DNA from: Elusimicrobiota bacterium
GTDB lineage: Bacteria; Elusimicrobiota; Elusimicrobia; FEN-1173; JAKLIF01
Assembly: GCA_022709755.1 (NCBI GenBank)
Contig: JAKLIF010000009.1
Coordinates: 10,694-74,693, forward strand
DNA length: 64,000 bases
Direction of reading: 5' to 3'
Shown here: in pieces, positions 46,180-54,961 of the stretch
Layout of the letters: the number at the start of each line of letters is the position of its first letter
Position numbering within the stretch: the first letter of the stretch is position 1
Position numbers and translations under genes: made by a program
Notes under the pieces: model-generated
The model's input: the letters and a program-made list of their open reading frames with translations, nothing else
Told to the model about the DNA's origin: nothing
Database searches by the model: none

Positions 46180-47472
46180 TCAATCGATTCGGAACGAACG
46201 CAATATCTGTTCGAAAGGGATCAGATACTTGGCGATGGATTCCGGAGTGACGGCGCACAGGACGACGTATCCGGTCTCCTCCCGGACGACGAACAAAGCC
46301 TTGTATTGCTGAGTCCCGCCCAGCCAGCCGGGGCCCTGATATTGACCGAGATACCCGTATCCGGCGGGATAATAGACGTCGCGGCCGTTCAACAACATCC
46401 AATGTTCCTGGCGGGCGACCTTCTCGGCATAATCCCGCGCACGGACGCCGGTCCCGACGACCTGCCGCCGGAGTTCGCCCCATCCGCCCCCATCCCGCTG
46501 TTCCCGGAACAGGATCAGCGCCCTCCGCCTCGGAGGCGTCCATATCCACTGATCGGGGAGAGACAACCGAATCCCCCATTTGGCGTTGATGTAGGAGGCA
46601 CCCTCCGTCTTTCCCCTGTCATCCCCCGCAAGGTGCGGCAGGCGGAGTTTCATGTCCTGATACGCATCGAACCCCTCCACCAACTCCCGTTTCCCCACGG
46701 ACATGTTCTCGATGTAACGGCGGCACTCCAGGATCCGCGCGTCCGTCGGGGGATGGGTCCGGAAGAAGGTGTCCCATTTTTCCAGTCCCTCCTGCTTTTC
46801 CAACCGGAGCAACCTCTCGAAAAAAGCCAATGCCGCCTCCGGATTGTACCCGGCCGAAATCGCGTAACGGGTCCCCACGCGGTCCGCTTCCAGTTCGTAC
46901 TCCCGGCTGTATCCCAACAGGTACAGGTCCGTAAAAAGTCCGGCGGTCTGGGCGATCATGATCATCGCTTCCGGTCCCGCCGTCACTCCTCCGGCGATCG
47001 CCCCCAACGTTCCCAAGACCCCGTAGCCCATCTGTTTTTCGATCATGTTCACGGAATGCCAGGCACAGACATGCCCGACCTCATGACCCAATACGATCGC
47101 CAACTCCGCCTCGCTGGTCAACTCCTCCAAGAGGCCTCGCGTCACGAACACGTATCCCCCGGGCACGGCGAAGGCGTTGATGATGTCGGAATCCAATATG
47201 GTGAAGACGAACGGCAGGCGGGGGCGGTCGCTATAGGTGACGAGCTTATTGCCGATCCCTTCGACGTAGGATTGAAGGACGGGATCGTGGAACTCCCCGT
47301 ATTCCTCGACGAGCTGGGCTTTGGTCTCAAGACCGATCTGGCGTTCGGCGTTCTCCGAGATCAACTGGGCTTCACGCCGGTTGGTCACCGGATTTCGGAC
47401 GCACGCCGCCCCCGCGAGGACGACGGCGACACAGGTCCCCACTGTCCCCCGAACAACGCGATTCATGGGCAT
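46180..47472 (-). CDS. M48-family zinc metalloprotease, probable lipoprotein
   Basis: The lipobox-like signal is VAVVLAGAAC. HEVGHV (HExxH) is followed by a downstream EADRVG glutamate. There is an extra ~170-aa C-terminal domain of unknown type. Confidence 0.8.
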   Translation of the reverse strand: MPMNRVVRGTVGTCVAVVLAGAACVRNPVTNRREAQLISENAERQIGLETKAQLVEEYGEFHDPVLQSYVEGIGNKLVTYSDRPRLPFVFTILDSDIINAFAVPGGYVFVTRGLLEELTSEAELAIVLGHEVGHVCAWHSVNMIEKQMGYGVLGTLGAIAGGVTAGPEAMIMIAQTAGLFTDLYLLGYSREYELEADRVGTRYAISAGYNPEAALAFFERLLRLEKQEGLEKWDTFFRTHPPTDARILECRRYIENMSVGKRELVEGFDAYQDMKLRLPHLAGDDRGKTEGASYINAKWGIRLSLPDQWIWTPPRRRALILFREQRDGGGWGELRRQVVGTGVRARDYAEKVARQEHWMLLNGRDVYYPAGYGYLGQYQGPGWLGGTQQYKALFVVREETGYVVLCAVTPESIAKYLIPFEQILRSFRID

Positions 47473-47497
47473 CGTGCTTCCGCCGCTCCCAAGGAGA

Positions 47498-47929
47498 TTA
47501 TTTCAGTTTATAGATATAGTCCCCTCGGCGCATCTTGTCCGTGACCTTGATCCCGACTGCCGACGCTGTCTCCGCGGAGCGGACGGCCACATGCTCGATC
47601 TGCATGGAACTCACGGTCATCGTCACGTCGGTCGTGTGCCCTCGAACGCGAAGCCGGTCACCAACCCGGATCGGCGCCTTCAACACCGTGGTGATCACTC
47701 CGATATGCCCGTAATAATCCTCCACCGTCCCGATCCATGCTTCACCGGGATCAGCGACCCGCCAAGGGAGGATCGGGTTCTGATTCTTCGATTTCTTCGT
47801 TTTGGCTCTTCCGGCTTTCGCTTTCACCTTCGAGCCCGCCGCCTTTTTGGCGATCCGCTTCGTCGTCCGAACGGCTTTCCGAACCGTCTTTTTCTTCGTC
47901 ACTTTTTTCTTGGTCGTCTTTTTCTTCAT
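47498..47929 (-). CDS. Lys/Ala-rich (histone-H1-like) tail fused to an EF-Tu-domain-2-like beta-barrel
   Basis: ATG 47929 has GAGGAGG 8-9 nt upstream. The first ~55 aa are KKKTTKKKVTKKKTVRKAVRTTKRIAKKAAGSKVKAKAGRAKTKKSK. The C-terminal ~85 aa, IGTVEDYYGHIGVITTVLKAPIRVGDRLRVRGHTTDVTMTVSSMQIEHVAV...AVGIKV...GDYIY, resembles the translation-factor domain II barrel. Confidence 0.6.
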   Translation of the reverse strand: MKKKTTKKKVTKKKTVRKAVRTTKRIAKKAAGSKVKAKAGRAKTKKSKNQNPILPWRVADPGEAWIGTVEDYYGHIGVITTVLKAPIRVGDRLRVRGHTTDVTMTVSSMQIEHVAVRSAETASAVGIKVTDKMRRGDYIYKLK

Positions 47930-47970
47930 GCTCACGTTCCTCCTCGATTCGCAACAACCAACCGATTTCA

Positions 47971-48690
47971 TTATACCGCATATTTCTGTCGAAATCGCTC
48001 GCGATTCCTCTCAAAAAGCTCTTTCGTGTAATGACGGTTCTTCCCCGTGGTCCCGCGCCCGTGATGAAGGACATGAATCCCCGGATGCGCCCACAAATGA
48101 TATCCGGCCCGATGCGCCCGGACGGAAAGGTCCACGTCCTCCCAATAGGCGAAGAACGACTCGTCGAAACCGTTCAGCCCTTCGAAGAGATTCCGGGTGA
48201 CGTAATAGCAAGAACCGGGGATATATTCGGGGAAAGCCAAGCGCCGCGGTTTTTCCGGCATGTTTCGATAATGGGACAACGTATTGGACGGGGGATCCCA
48301 GGATCCCCCGCAAGAATCCAACCGGGTGCGATCCCGGACGAAATGGACCGCCGGAGCCAGCATGTCCACCCGTCGATCGCGCAGAAACCGATGAAGCGCC
48401 GGACGCGGATCCTCGGAAAGGACACAATCGTTGGAGAGGAAAAGAGCGTCGGGAGACGATCGGAACGCCGCCCTCAACCCCTGATTCGCCCCATATCCAT
48501 ATCCCCCGTTCTTTTCCAAGCGGAGCATCGGCAAAGAGGGATAACTCTCACGGATTCGGATCCAATGTCTCTCCTCGGACCCATTGTCGACCCAGAGGAT
48601 GTCCTTCGCTCCGATCCCGCATTCCAGACATGACTCCAAACAGGCCGTCGTCAATCGCGTCTTATTGAACGACAGGACGACAAAAATCAT
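47971..48690 (-). CDS. Glycosyltransferase family 2
   Basis: MIFVVLSFNKTRLTTACLESCL, ILWVDNGSEE and FLSNDCV (DxD-type position), plus a later YWEDVDLSVRA. Confidence 0.8.
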   Translation of the reverse strand: MIFVVLSFNKTRLTTACLESCLECGIGAKDILWVDNGSEERHWIRIRESYPSLPMLRLEKNGGYGYGANQGLRAAFRSSPDALFLSNDCVLSEDPRPALHRFLRDRRVDMLAPAVHFVRDRTRLDSCGGSWDPPSNTLSHYRNMPEKPRRLAFPEYIPGSCYYVTRNLFEGLNGFDESFFAYWEDVDLSVRAHRAGYHLWAHPGIHVLHHGRGTTGKNRHYTKELFERNRERFRQKYAV

Positions 48691-48720
48691 CCCCGCCTCC
48701 CCGCCGCGTGGTTTCCACCG

Positions 48721-51285
48721 ATGATTTTATGTAAAATGAATCCCGATACGATTCCGACCATGAGATCACTCTTACGGCTCCGATTCCTCCGTCTCGCCGG
48801 CCCCCTCCTCTTCCTCTTGTCCTGGGCCGGCCCCGACACAAGCCGGGCCGCCGACATCCCGGCGGCCTCGCCCGTGAGTCTGGCCCCCGAGTTTCAGCCG
48901 CGCCCGATACGACTCCCGCCTCTGTTCTGGCACGAGAAGGACATCCGGGAGAGACAACGCCTCCTCATGGTGCTCATGCTCTACTGGGATTATCAGGAAG
49001 AGGCCAGTTCGCACAAACTCCTCCTCCCCGTCTTCTATCGATGGAAGGAGGAGGACAGAAGCCTGATCGTGTCCCTTCCCCTCTATTTATCATACAAAAG
49101 TCCGGATGATTATTGGACCCTGGCCGGACCGTTCTACCGTCACGACGACCCCCAACGGAAGCGAACGGCCCTCTTCCCCCTTTATTGGAGCACGAAGAAG
49201 AGCAACGGGGGACGCATGACGGTGGCTCTCCCTTTCGTCTTTTACGATTACTCCAATCCCCTTGAAAACCGCCGGGACTTCGTGTCCCCCTTCGGCTGGT
49301 TCCGGCAGCGCCCCTCCACCTCGACGGGTTTCCTGCTCAACTACTGGTGGAAGACGGAGAGTTCCTCCCGATTCAGGACGCTGTTCCCCGTCTATTGGCA
49401 TCTGTGGAGTCCCGGAGACAGACTGGACGTCTGGGGTTTATTCTATCGGCGGGAAACGGACGACAAGAAATGGGCGGGACTGTTCCCCCTGGCGGGGGCC
49501 GGATGGGGCCGGGGATTGGCGTCCCACTATCTCTTTCCGGTCTATTATTATTCACACGACGAGGACGAGACGGCCTTTGCCACGCTCCTGGCGAGCCGGA
49601 TCCGCTCGCCCGACTCGACGAAAGGGCACCTGGGACTCTACTATTACTCCGTCAATCCCGACGAACGGATCCACGGTCTCTTCCCGATCTGGCATCACAG
49701 CCGCTCCTCGGACGATTACAGCCGGCGCACGTGGTTCCTGCTCTATTACAGCCGGAAAGAAAACGATTCCCGTTTCCATACCCTGTTCCCGTTCTACGGT
49801 TACTGGGAATCCCCGGAGAAGAAACGGTTCCTCTCCTGGTTGTATCTCCGGACGGAACAGGAGGACACCGTCTCCGGCTGGGCCGGACTGTATCGATGGA
49901 AAAAAGAGGGGGCCGACGAGACCAACGTCTTCTTCCCCCTCTACTGGCATTTCTGGCGAGATCCGGACTGGGGATTGGACGTCTTTTTCCCGCTCTATCT
50001 GAGGTGGAGGGACGCCGATTCGTCTCTGACGGCGATCCCGCCGTTCCTCTGGCGGAAGAAGGGATCGCGCACGACCTGGAGCCTGTTCTTCCTGCTCTGG
50101 CGCGACCGGGACGCCGACCGGGGATTCACTACGATGTTCCCGCTCTTCCATTCCATGTACGACCCTCAACGCTCCCAGTTTTTCTCGCCCATCGCCTGGA
50201 GACGGAAGAGCCGCCTCTCGAGGGAAGGGATTGTGCCGCCCGTCTATTGGTATCGGAGCGCCGAGATCAAACGACTATTCGTGATCCCGGTCTATTGGAG
50301 CGTCCAACATCCGGAGAAAAGACTGCTCATCGTGCCGCCCTATTATTCCTGGAAGGATTTCGACAGCCGGATTTACGGCCTGTTCCCCCTCTGGGGACAC
50401 CATCGGGAGCAGGACCGGCATGGCGGCTACCTCTTCCCCTTCTATTGGTATTCCAAAAAGACGACGGGAGACGGTGTCTGGATCATCCCGCCTCTGTTGA
50501 CCTACATCCAGAAAGACCGGTCCGGCACGCCGGACTCGGCGCTCCACGTCCAATACCTGATCTTGGGCGATTATTCCAGGAAGAGAGAGGATCTCGAGCA
50601 CGGTTTTTTCCCCCTCTATAAATACGTCTCCTCTCCGGAACGAACGAACTTCTGGGCCCCGCGCATCCTGGCCCTGACCGCCTGGGACCGTCGCGGCGAA
50701 TCGCGCCAGGGATATTTTTTTCCCTACGCCTGGAAACGGGCCCCCGACCGCCGATGGGATTTTCTCTTCCCCCTCTGGTACCGCCACGACGAGACCCGTC
50801 TCGAAGACAACACCACGAGCCGGCTCCGCATCTTCTTCCCTCTCTATTGGAGTGGAACCAACACCCGGCGCGAATGGCGATATTTCGTTCCTCTCTACGC
50901 CCGTTTTTCCTCCGCACATGGAAACCGGTTCCGAGCCGTCACGCCCCTCTACATGAGCTATCAGAACGACCGGGGGAACAGGTTCCGGATGATCTTCCCC
51001 CTCTACTGGCGTTTTGCATCCGCGAAAAGGGATATCTCCATTTACGGGCCTTGGTACCGGACGACCGGCCTGAAGAACGGGAGGACGACGCGAACGGTCG
51101 GGTTGGCTCCCTTCTTCTCCAAGTCTTCGGCCGGGCCGGATGACAATTATTTCGAGCTTCTCGGAGGTCTGTTCGCGAGGGACGTGCAGGAAGGACAGCG
51201 TCGGTTCCGGTTCCTGTATTTCTTCTATACGAAACCGAAGCCGTTGGGCGATCCCGCCCGGAGCGCCCCTCCGTCCGCCGATTAA
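48721..51285 (+). CDS. Secreted aromatic-rich repeat protein (about 40 FPLYW-type units), unknown family
   Basis: 854 aa. Alternative starts are ATG 48736 or ATG 48760; the last gives a clean signal peptide MRSLLRLRFLRLAGPLLFLLSWAGPDTSRA. From aa ~60 to ~800, an ~18-22-aa unit recurs with the core hydrophobic-Pro-[LVFI]-aromatic: LFPLYWST, LFPVYWHLW, LFPVYYYS, LFPIWHHS, LFPFYGYW, FFPLYWHFW, FFPLYLRW, MFPLFHSMY, VIPVYWSV, LFPLWGHH, LFPFYWYS, FFPLYKYV, FFPYAWKR, LFPLWYRH, FFPLYWSG, FVPLYARF, VTPLYMSY, IFPLYWRF. Confidence 0.75.
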   Translation: MILCKMNPDTIPTMRSLLRLRFLRLAGPLLFLLSWAGPDTSRAADIPAASPVSLAPEFQPRPIRLPPLFWHEKDIRERQRLLMVLMLYWDYQEEASSHKLLLPVFYRWKEEDRSLIVSLPLYLSYKSPDDYWTLAGPFYRHDDPQRKRTALFPLYWSTKKSNGGRMTVALPFVFYDYSNPLENRRDFVSPFGWFRQRPSTSTGFLLNYWWKTESSSRFRTLFPVYWHLWSPGDRLDVWGLFYRRETDDKKWAGLFPLAGAGWGRGLASHYLFPVYYYSHDEDETAFATLLASRIRSPDSTKGHLGLYYYSVNPDERIHGLFPIWHHSRSSDDYSRRTWFLLYYSRKENDSRFHTLFPFYGYWESPEKKRFLSWLYLRTEQEDTVSGWAGLYRWKKEGADETNVFFPLYWHFWRDPDWGLDVFFPLYLRWRDADSSLTAIPPFLWRKKGSRTTWSLFFLLWRDRDADRGFTTMFPLFHSMYDPQRSQFFSPIAWRRKSRLSREGIVPPVYWYRSAEIKRLFVIPVYWSVQHPEKRLLIVPPYYSWKDFDSRIYGLFPLWGHHREQDRHGGYLFPFYWYSKKTTGDGVWIIPPLLTYIQKDRSGTPDSALHVQYLILGDYSRKREDLEHGFFPLYKYVSSPERTNFWAPRILALTAWDRRGESRQGYFFPYAWKRAPDRRWDFLFPLWYRHDETRLEDNTTSRLRIFFPLYWSGTNTRREWRYFVPLYARFSSAHGNRFRAVTPLYMSYQNDRGNRFRMIFPLYWRFASAKRDISIYGPWYRTTGLKNGRTTRTVGLAPFFSKSSAGPDDNYFELLGGLFARDVQEGQRRFRFLYFFYTKPKPLGDPARSAPPSAD

Positions 51286-52724
51286 GCGGGGGAGTCGGAT
51301 CTTTTTAAAACGAGGAAGTTCAGAAGAGCTTTCAACCCATCCGCCAACCGGAACAATTCGCGCCAAGACCGGATGCGACAGAGACGTCCGAGCATGTATC
51401 GAGGCCGCAGATAGAACGCCCGATACATCGCGCGGTACATCTCGAGGATCTCGTCGACGGACATCCCGTCGATCCGCATCACGGGTTTGGCCAGGTTGTA
51501 ATCATCCCAGTCATCGGTGAGCAGCCGTCCCTCGCGGCGCGCCTGTTCATACATCTCCGTGCCCGGGAACGGCGTGGTGATATTCACGACCAGGAGCTCC
51601 GGATCGAGTTCTCGGATGAAACGCATGTTCTCCAGGATCACCGCGCGGGTGTCCCCGGGGTTCCCTACCATGAACGCCAAGCGGCAATCGATCCCGGCCT
51701 GTTTGGTCCACGCCACGGCCCGGCGGATCTGATCAAGGCTGATCTCCTTCTTGACGTTCTTCAGGACTGTCTCGCTCGCATTCTCGACCCCGAACATGAT
51801 CTGATGGCATCCCGCCCGGCGCATGAGCCGGAGTTGATCCGGATCCACATGGTTGACCCGGGCGAAGCAGGTCCAAGTGGGCCGATGTGTCCCTTCCATC
51901 AGCAAGCGGCACAATTCCAGGATATTGTTCTTATTCAAAGTCAGCGTGTCATCATAGAACAGGATCTCCCGCACCCCATGGTTATCCATGAGATATCGTA
52001 TCTCCCGGTGGATCGTCGCGGCGCTCTTATAAACAACCTGGGGACCCAGCGTCTTATTGCAGAAGGTGCAATGCCCCGGACATCCGCGCGAGGTGACCAG
52101 GCTCATGGCCGGCAGGTTCTTGAACGTGCCTTTGGCTGGATAATAGCGTGAGATCGGCAACAGGTCATAGGCCGGCATGGGCAAGCCGTCCAGCCGGCCG
52201 ATCCTCGGACGTTCGGGATTCATGACGACCTCGTTTCCCCGCCGATAGGCCAGACCGGCGATCGTCTCGGGGGATCCCCCCGAGAGGAGTTCCGCCAGAG
52301 TGTATTCCCCTTCTCCGCGGACCACGTAGTCGACGAAACCGTTCGACAGGACTTCGGCCGTCTGAAACGTGGCGTGCACTCCGCCGAAGACGATCCGGGC
52401 GTCCGGATAGAACCGTTTCACGATCCGGGCGATATAATAGGCCTTCTTGACCGTCGGCGTCATGGCCGTCAACCCGACGTACCGGATCTCCGAATAGACC
52501 CGCTGATAGGAGCGGACGAAATACTCCTCGAACCCCTCCACCGACGGGCTCATCACGTTGCAATCCACCACGTCCACGGAGAACCCCGTCGACCGTACAT
52601 ATCCCGCCAATTCAGCCAGTCCCAACGGAGGGAAATTCGAACTGATCTGTTCCCAGATGGCTTCCGTGTTCTTGTAAAAGATCGGAGGCGATATCAACAG
52701 ACAATCCAAGGTTTTCGATGTCAT
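51282..52724 (-). CDS. B12-binding-domain (class B) radical SAM protein, 480 aa
   Basis: The N-terminal Rossmann-like region is CLLISPP...PPLGLAELAGYV...VGLTAMT...IVFGGVHAT. The CxxxCxxC triad is SRGCPGHCTFCNK (nt 52059-52082), followed by FYDDT, MFGVENAS and FMVGNPGDT. ATG 52724 forms an ATGA overlap with the upstream stop. Confidence 0.85.
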   Translation of the reverse strand: MTSKTLDCLLISPPIFYKNTEAIWEQISSNFPPLGLAELAGYVRSTGFSVDVVDCNVMSPSVEGFEEYFVRSYQRVYSEIRYVGLTAMTPTVKKAYYIARIVKRFYPDARIVFGGVHATFQTAEVLSNGFVDYVVRGEGEYTLAELLSGGSPETIAGLAYRRGNEVVMNPERPRIGRLDGLPMPAYDLLPISRYYPAKGTFKNLPAMSLVTSRGCPGHCTFCNKTLGPQVVYKSAATIHREIRYLMDNHGVREILFYDDTLTLNKNNILELCRLLMEGTHRPTWTCFARVNHVDPDQLRLMRRAGCHQIMFGVENASETVLKNVKKEISLDQIRRAVAWTKQAGIDCRLAFMVGNPGDTRAVILENMRFIRELDPELLVVNITTPFPGTEMYEQARREGRLLTDDWDDYNLAKPVMRIDGMSVDEILEMYRAMYRAFYLRPRYMLGRLCRIRSWRELFRLADGLKALLNFLVLKRSDSPA

Positions 52725-54961
52725 GGTCTTTTCCCCGGCTCCACCAATCCTCCCATCCAACGGAATTCGCACGGATACCGGCCCCGGTCATCGCGAAACC
52801 AAAACTGATCCGGATCCGGCAACATCTCGACGACCCGCGCCTCCGACGCCTTCAACAGCATGCGGGCGGCGGCCTCGATCAGAAAAAAATTCTTGAAATC
52901 CAACATCATGGGTTTGCGTTCCCCATAGGACTGAATGAACACGTGCCTCGGGAAGCCATAATCCCGCTGGAATCTCAGGAACTCCCGGAACAGGCGCAAC
53001 CCGTTCCCTCCGAAATCATATCGCCCCAAATCCTTCCGGTCAAGCAGCCACCGTTCCCGTTCCAACACGGCCTTCTCGATCTCGATCCGCGGACAATGTT
53101 TGGGAGAGAGTCCGGACAGATAGGCGTGGGGGTAACCGGCATGGGCGATCGATTTGCGCGCATGATATCCCGAAGCGATATCCATCGAATCATAGCGTTT
53201 CCCCCCCGGGGTCAGTTCAATGCCGATGCGGTCATCCTCAAAAATGACACGCGCCCGGCCCGACGGAACACCGCTCGGGCAGGACATCGGGACGGAACAC
53301 CGGTTGGCCGTCCCCACCAGATCGATGAAGTCCAAGAACGAGACATATCTGCAGAAACTCTGTCCGTCATAAAAATACCTATTATCCATGACATGCCCGT
53401 CGACCTCGCCGTAAAAGCGCCGGGCCTTCTCCTCCAGATCCCCCAACGCCTCTTTTCCCCACGCATAGATCAGGCGAAAATAGACCGGGATCGCCTGGGA
53501 ATCATAATCATACTCTCCCAAAACCCAGCGGTATTCCCCCTTGGCGATATCCTCCGCGTCGCCCGCCGCGACGAACAGGTCCCAAAAACTCGCGACGGAA
53601 ACCTTCCCGATCCCCTCCCGTTCGAGCAGTCCGTCCAAAAAATCAAAATCGGACAGACGGCATCGGACCCGATGGGCGTCCATCTTCCCGCTGAACAATT
53701 TTTCCATGTGCTTGCTGATATCGATGTGGATCCGTTCCCCCGAGGGGGATGGTCCGGGATATTTCTTCCGGAACGATTCCAGAACCTCCACGATCTCATT
53801 CCACCAGACGGCCCGGCGGCCCGGCGGATATTGATCCTTCAAAAAGGCGGCCACGTCCCGGGCCCGGGCGACCGTATGCAACAGATACATCTTCCAATGG
53901 ACGGACATCCACTTTTCCACATCCCGTCCGAGTTCGCCCCCGATCCTCATGTCGACGTTCCTCTCCGCGAGATCGAAGAAGAGTCGGCGTCCCATCAATA
54001 TCCGTCCGCTCCCCTCCCGCTCCCCTTCTTCTCCGGTGACGGATTTAAAATATCCCATCAACTCCTCTTCCAGCCGGATTTTCTCGCCGAGCGGCTTCTC
54101 GGACCACAAATCCCCATATCGCCGGAAGCGCCCCAGCACTTGTTCCCAATGGTCTTTCCTCGGGCAATCCGCCGGGAGTCCCCGGACCCAGTCGGACAGG
54201 TCCTCCAACGCATTTCGGCGGCCATGACAGATATAAAGGCCCGAGGAGAGTATCCCGTTGGTGAACAGTCCATCCCACGCGACTCCCGGATCTTCCCCTG
54301 TCCGCCTCAACGCGCGCCGGGTCGTCCCTCTCTCGGAAAGTGCCACCCACTTCAGCTCGTCTCCGGTCAAACCGGGGGAGAGATCGATGTCATTCCTGAA
54401 AAGACGTCCATGATCCATCCGCAATTCCGGATTCAACCGTATCGGCAGATCTTCCTTCAATCCCTCGTCCCGATTCATGGCCTCGGCCAACGCCGCAACG
54501 GCCCACGTTTCCATGAAGGCGACGCGGGGTCGGATCCATCTCCCCGGCTTTTGGACGATCCGGAGGTTGGCCTGCTGTCCTTGGTCATTTCGCCCCCAGA
54601 ACACCGGGCCGAAGTAGGAGTGATTCTCGTTCTTCGCGCAGAAACGCTGCAGATACGAAATGAGAGTGATCTCGCGCTGTCTCATCCGGCTGTTGCGATT
54701 CGGGATCTCTCCTGCGACGATGTTCCGCCCATAGAAACCCCTGTTCTGCAGATAGAGTGCTTCTCGGACATCGGGCCGGAGAAACGTCTCGTAGAGCAGT
54801 CGCCGTTTCTCCTCCAACTCCTCGTGAAAGGGCCTCTCGTCCTCTGTCCCGGCCTGCAACAGGGCATACGTCCGATCGAAGGAGAGCCGGCCGAGCAGCT
54901 CATATTCGATTCCCGTCGACCTGACGATGAACTCAGGCAAGAACTCCCATTTCCCCGTCAT
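52721..54961 (-). CDS. LanB-N-terminal-like (lantibiotic dehydratase glutamylation-domain / PEARL-like) protein, no elimination domain
   Basis: 746 aa from ATG 54961 (ATGA overlap). The N-terminal FLPEFIVRSTGIEYELL matches the LanB f.vR.P.lp pattern. ISYLQRFCAKNENHSYFGPVFWG (nt 54593-54655) matches LanB kYl.R...R.TPFGlF.G. The C-terminal GFPRHVFIQSYGERKPMMLDFKNFFLIE...VVEMLPD matches LanB glPryv.l..gDneL.ldL.n......l...l.E. The protein ends there. By-eye similarity; no HMM was run. Confidence 0.55.
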   Translation of the reverse strand: MTGKWEFLPEFIVRSTGIEYELLGRLSFDRTYALLQAGTEDERPFHEELEEKRRLLYETFLRPDVREALYLQNRGFYGRNIVAGEIPNRNSRMRQREITLISYLQRFCAKNENHSYFGPVFWGRNDQGQQANLRIVQKPGRWIRPRVAFMETWAVAALAEAMNRDEGLKEDLPIRLNPELRMDHGRLFRNDIDLSPGLTGDELKWVALSERGTTRRALRRTGEDPGVAWDGLFTNGILSSGLYICHGRRNALEDLSDWVRGLPADCPRKDHWEQVLGRFRRYGDLWSEKPLGEKIRLEEELMGYFKSVTGEEGEREGSGRILMGRRLFFDLAERNVDMRIGGELGRDVEKWMSVHWKMYLLHTVARARDVAAFLKDQYPPGRRAVWWNEIVEVLESFRKKYPGPSPSGERIHIDISKHMEKLFSGKMDAHRVRCRLSDFDFLDGLLEREGIGKVSVASFWDLFVAAGDAEDIAKGEYRWVLGEYDYDSQAIPVYFRLIYAWGKEALGDLEEKARRFYGEVDGHVMDNRYFYDGQSFCRYVSFLDFIDLVGTANRCSVPMSCPSGVPSGRARVIFEDDRIGIELTPGGKRYDSMDIASGYHARKSIAHAGYPHAYLSGLSPKHCPRIEIEKAVLERERWLLDRKDLGRYDFGGNGLRLFREFLRFQRDYGFPRHVFIQSYGERKPMMLDFKNFFLIEAAARMLLKASEARVVEMLPDPDQFWFRDDRGRYPCEFRWMGGLVEPGKRP

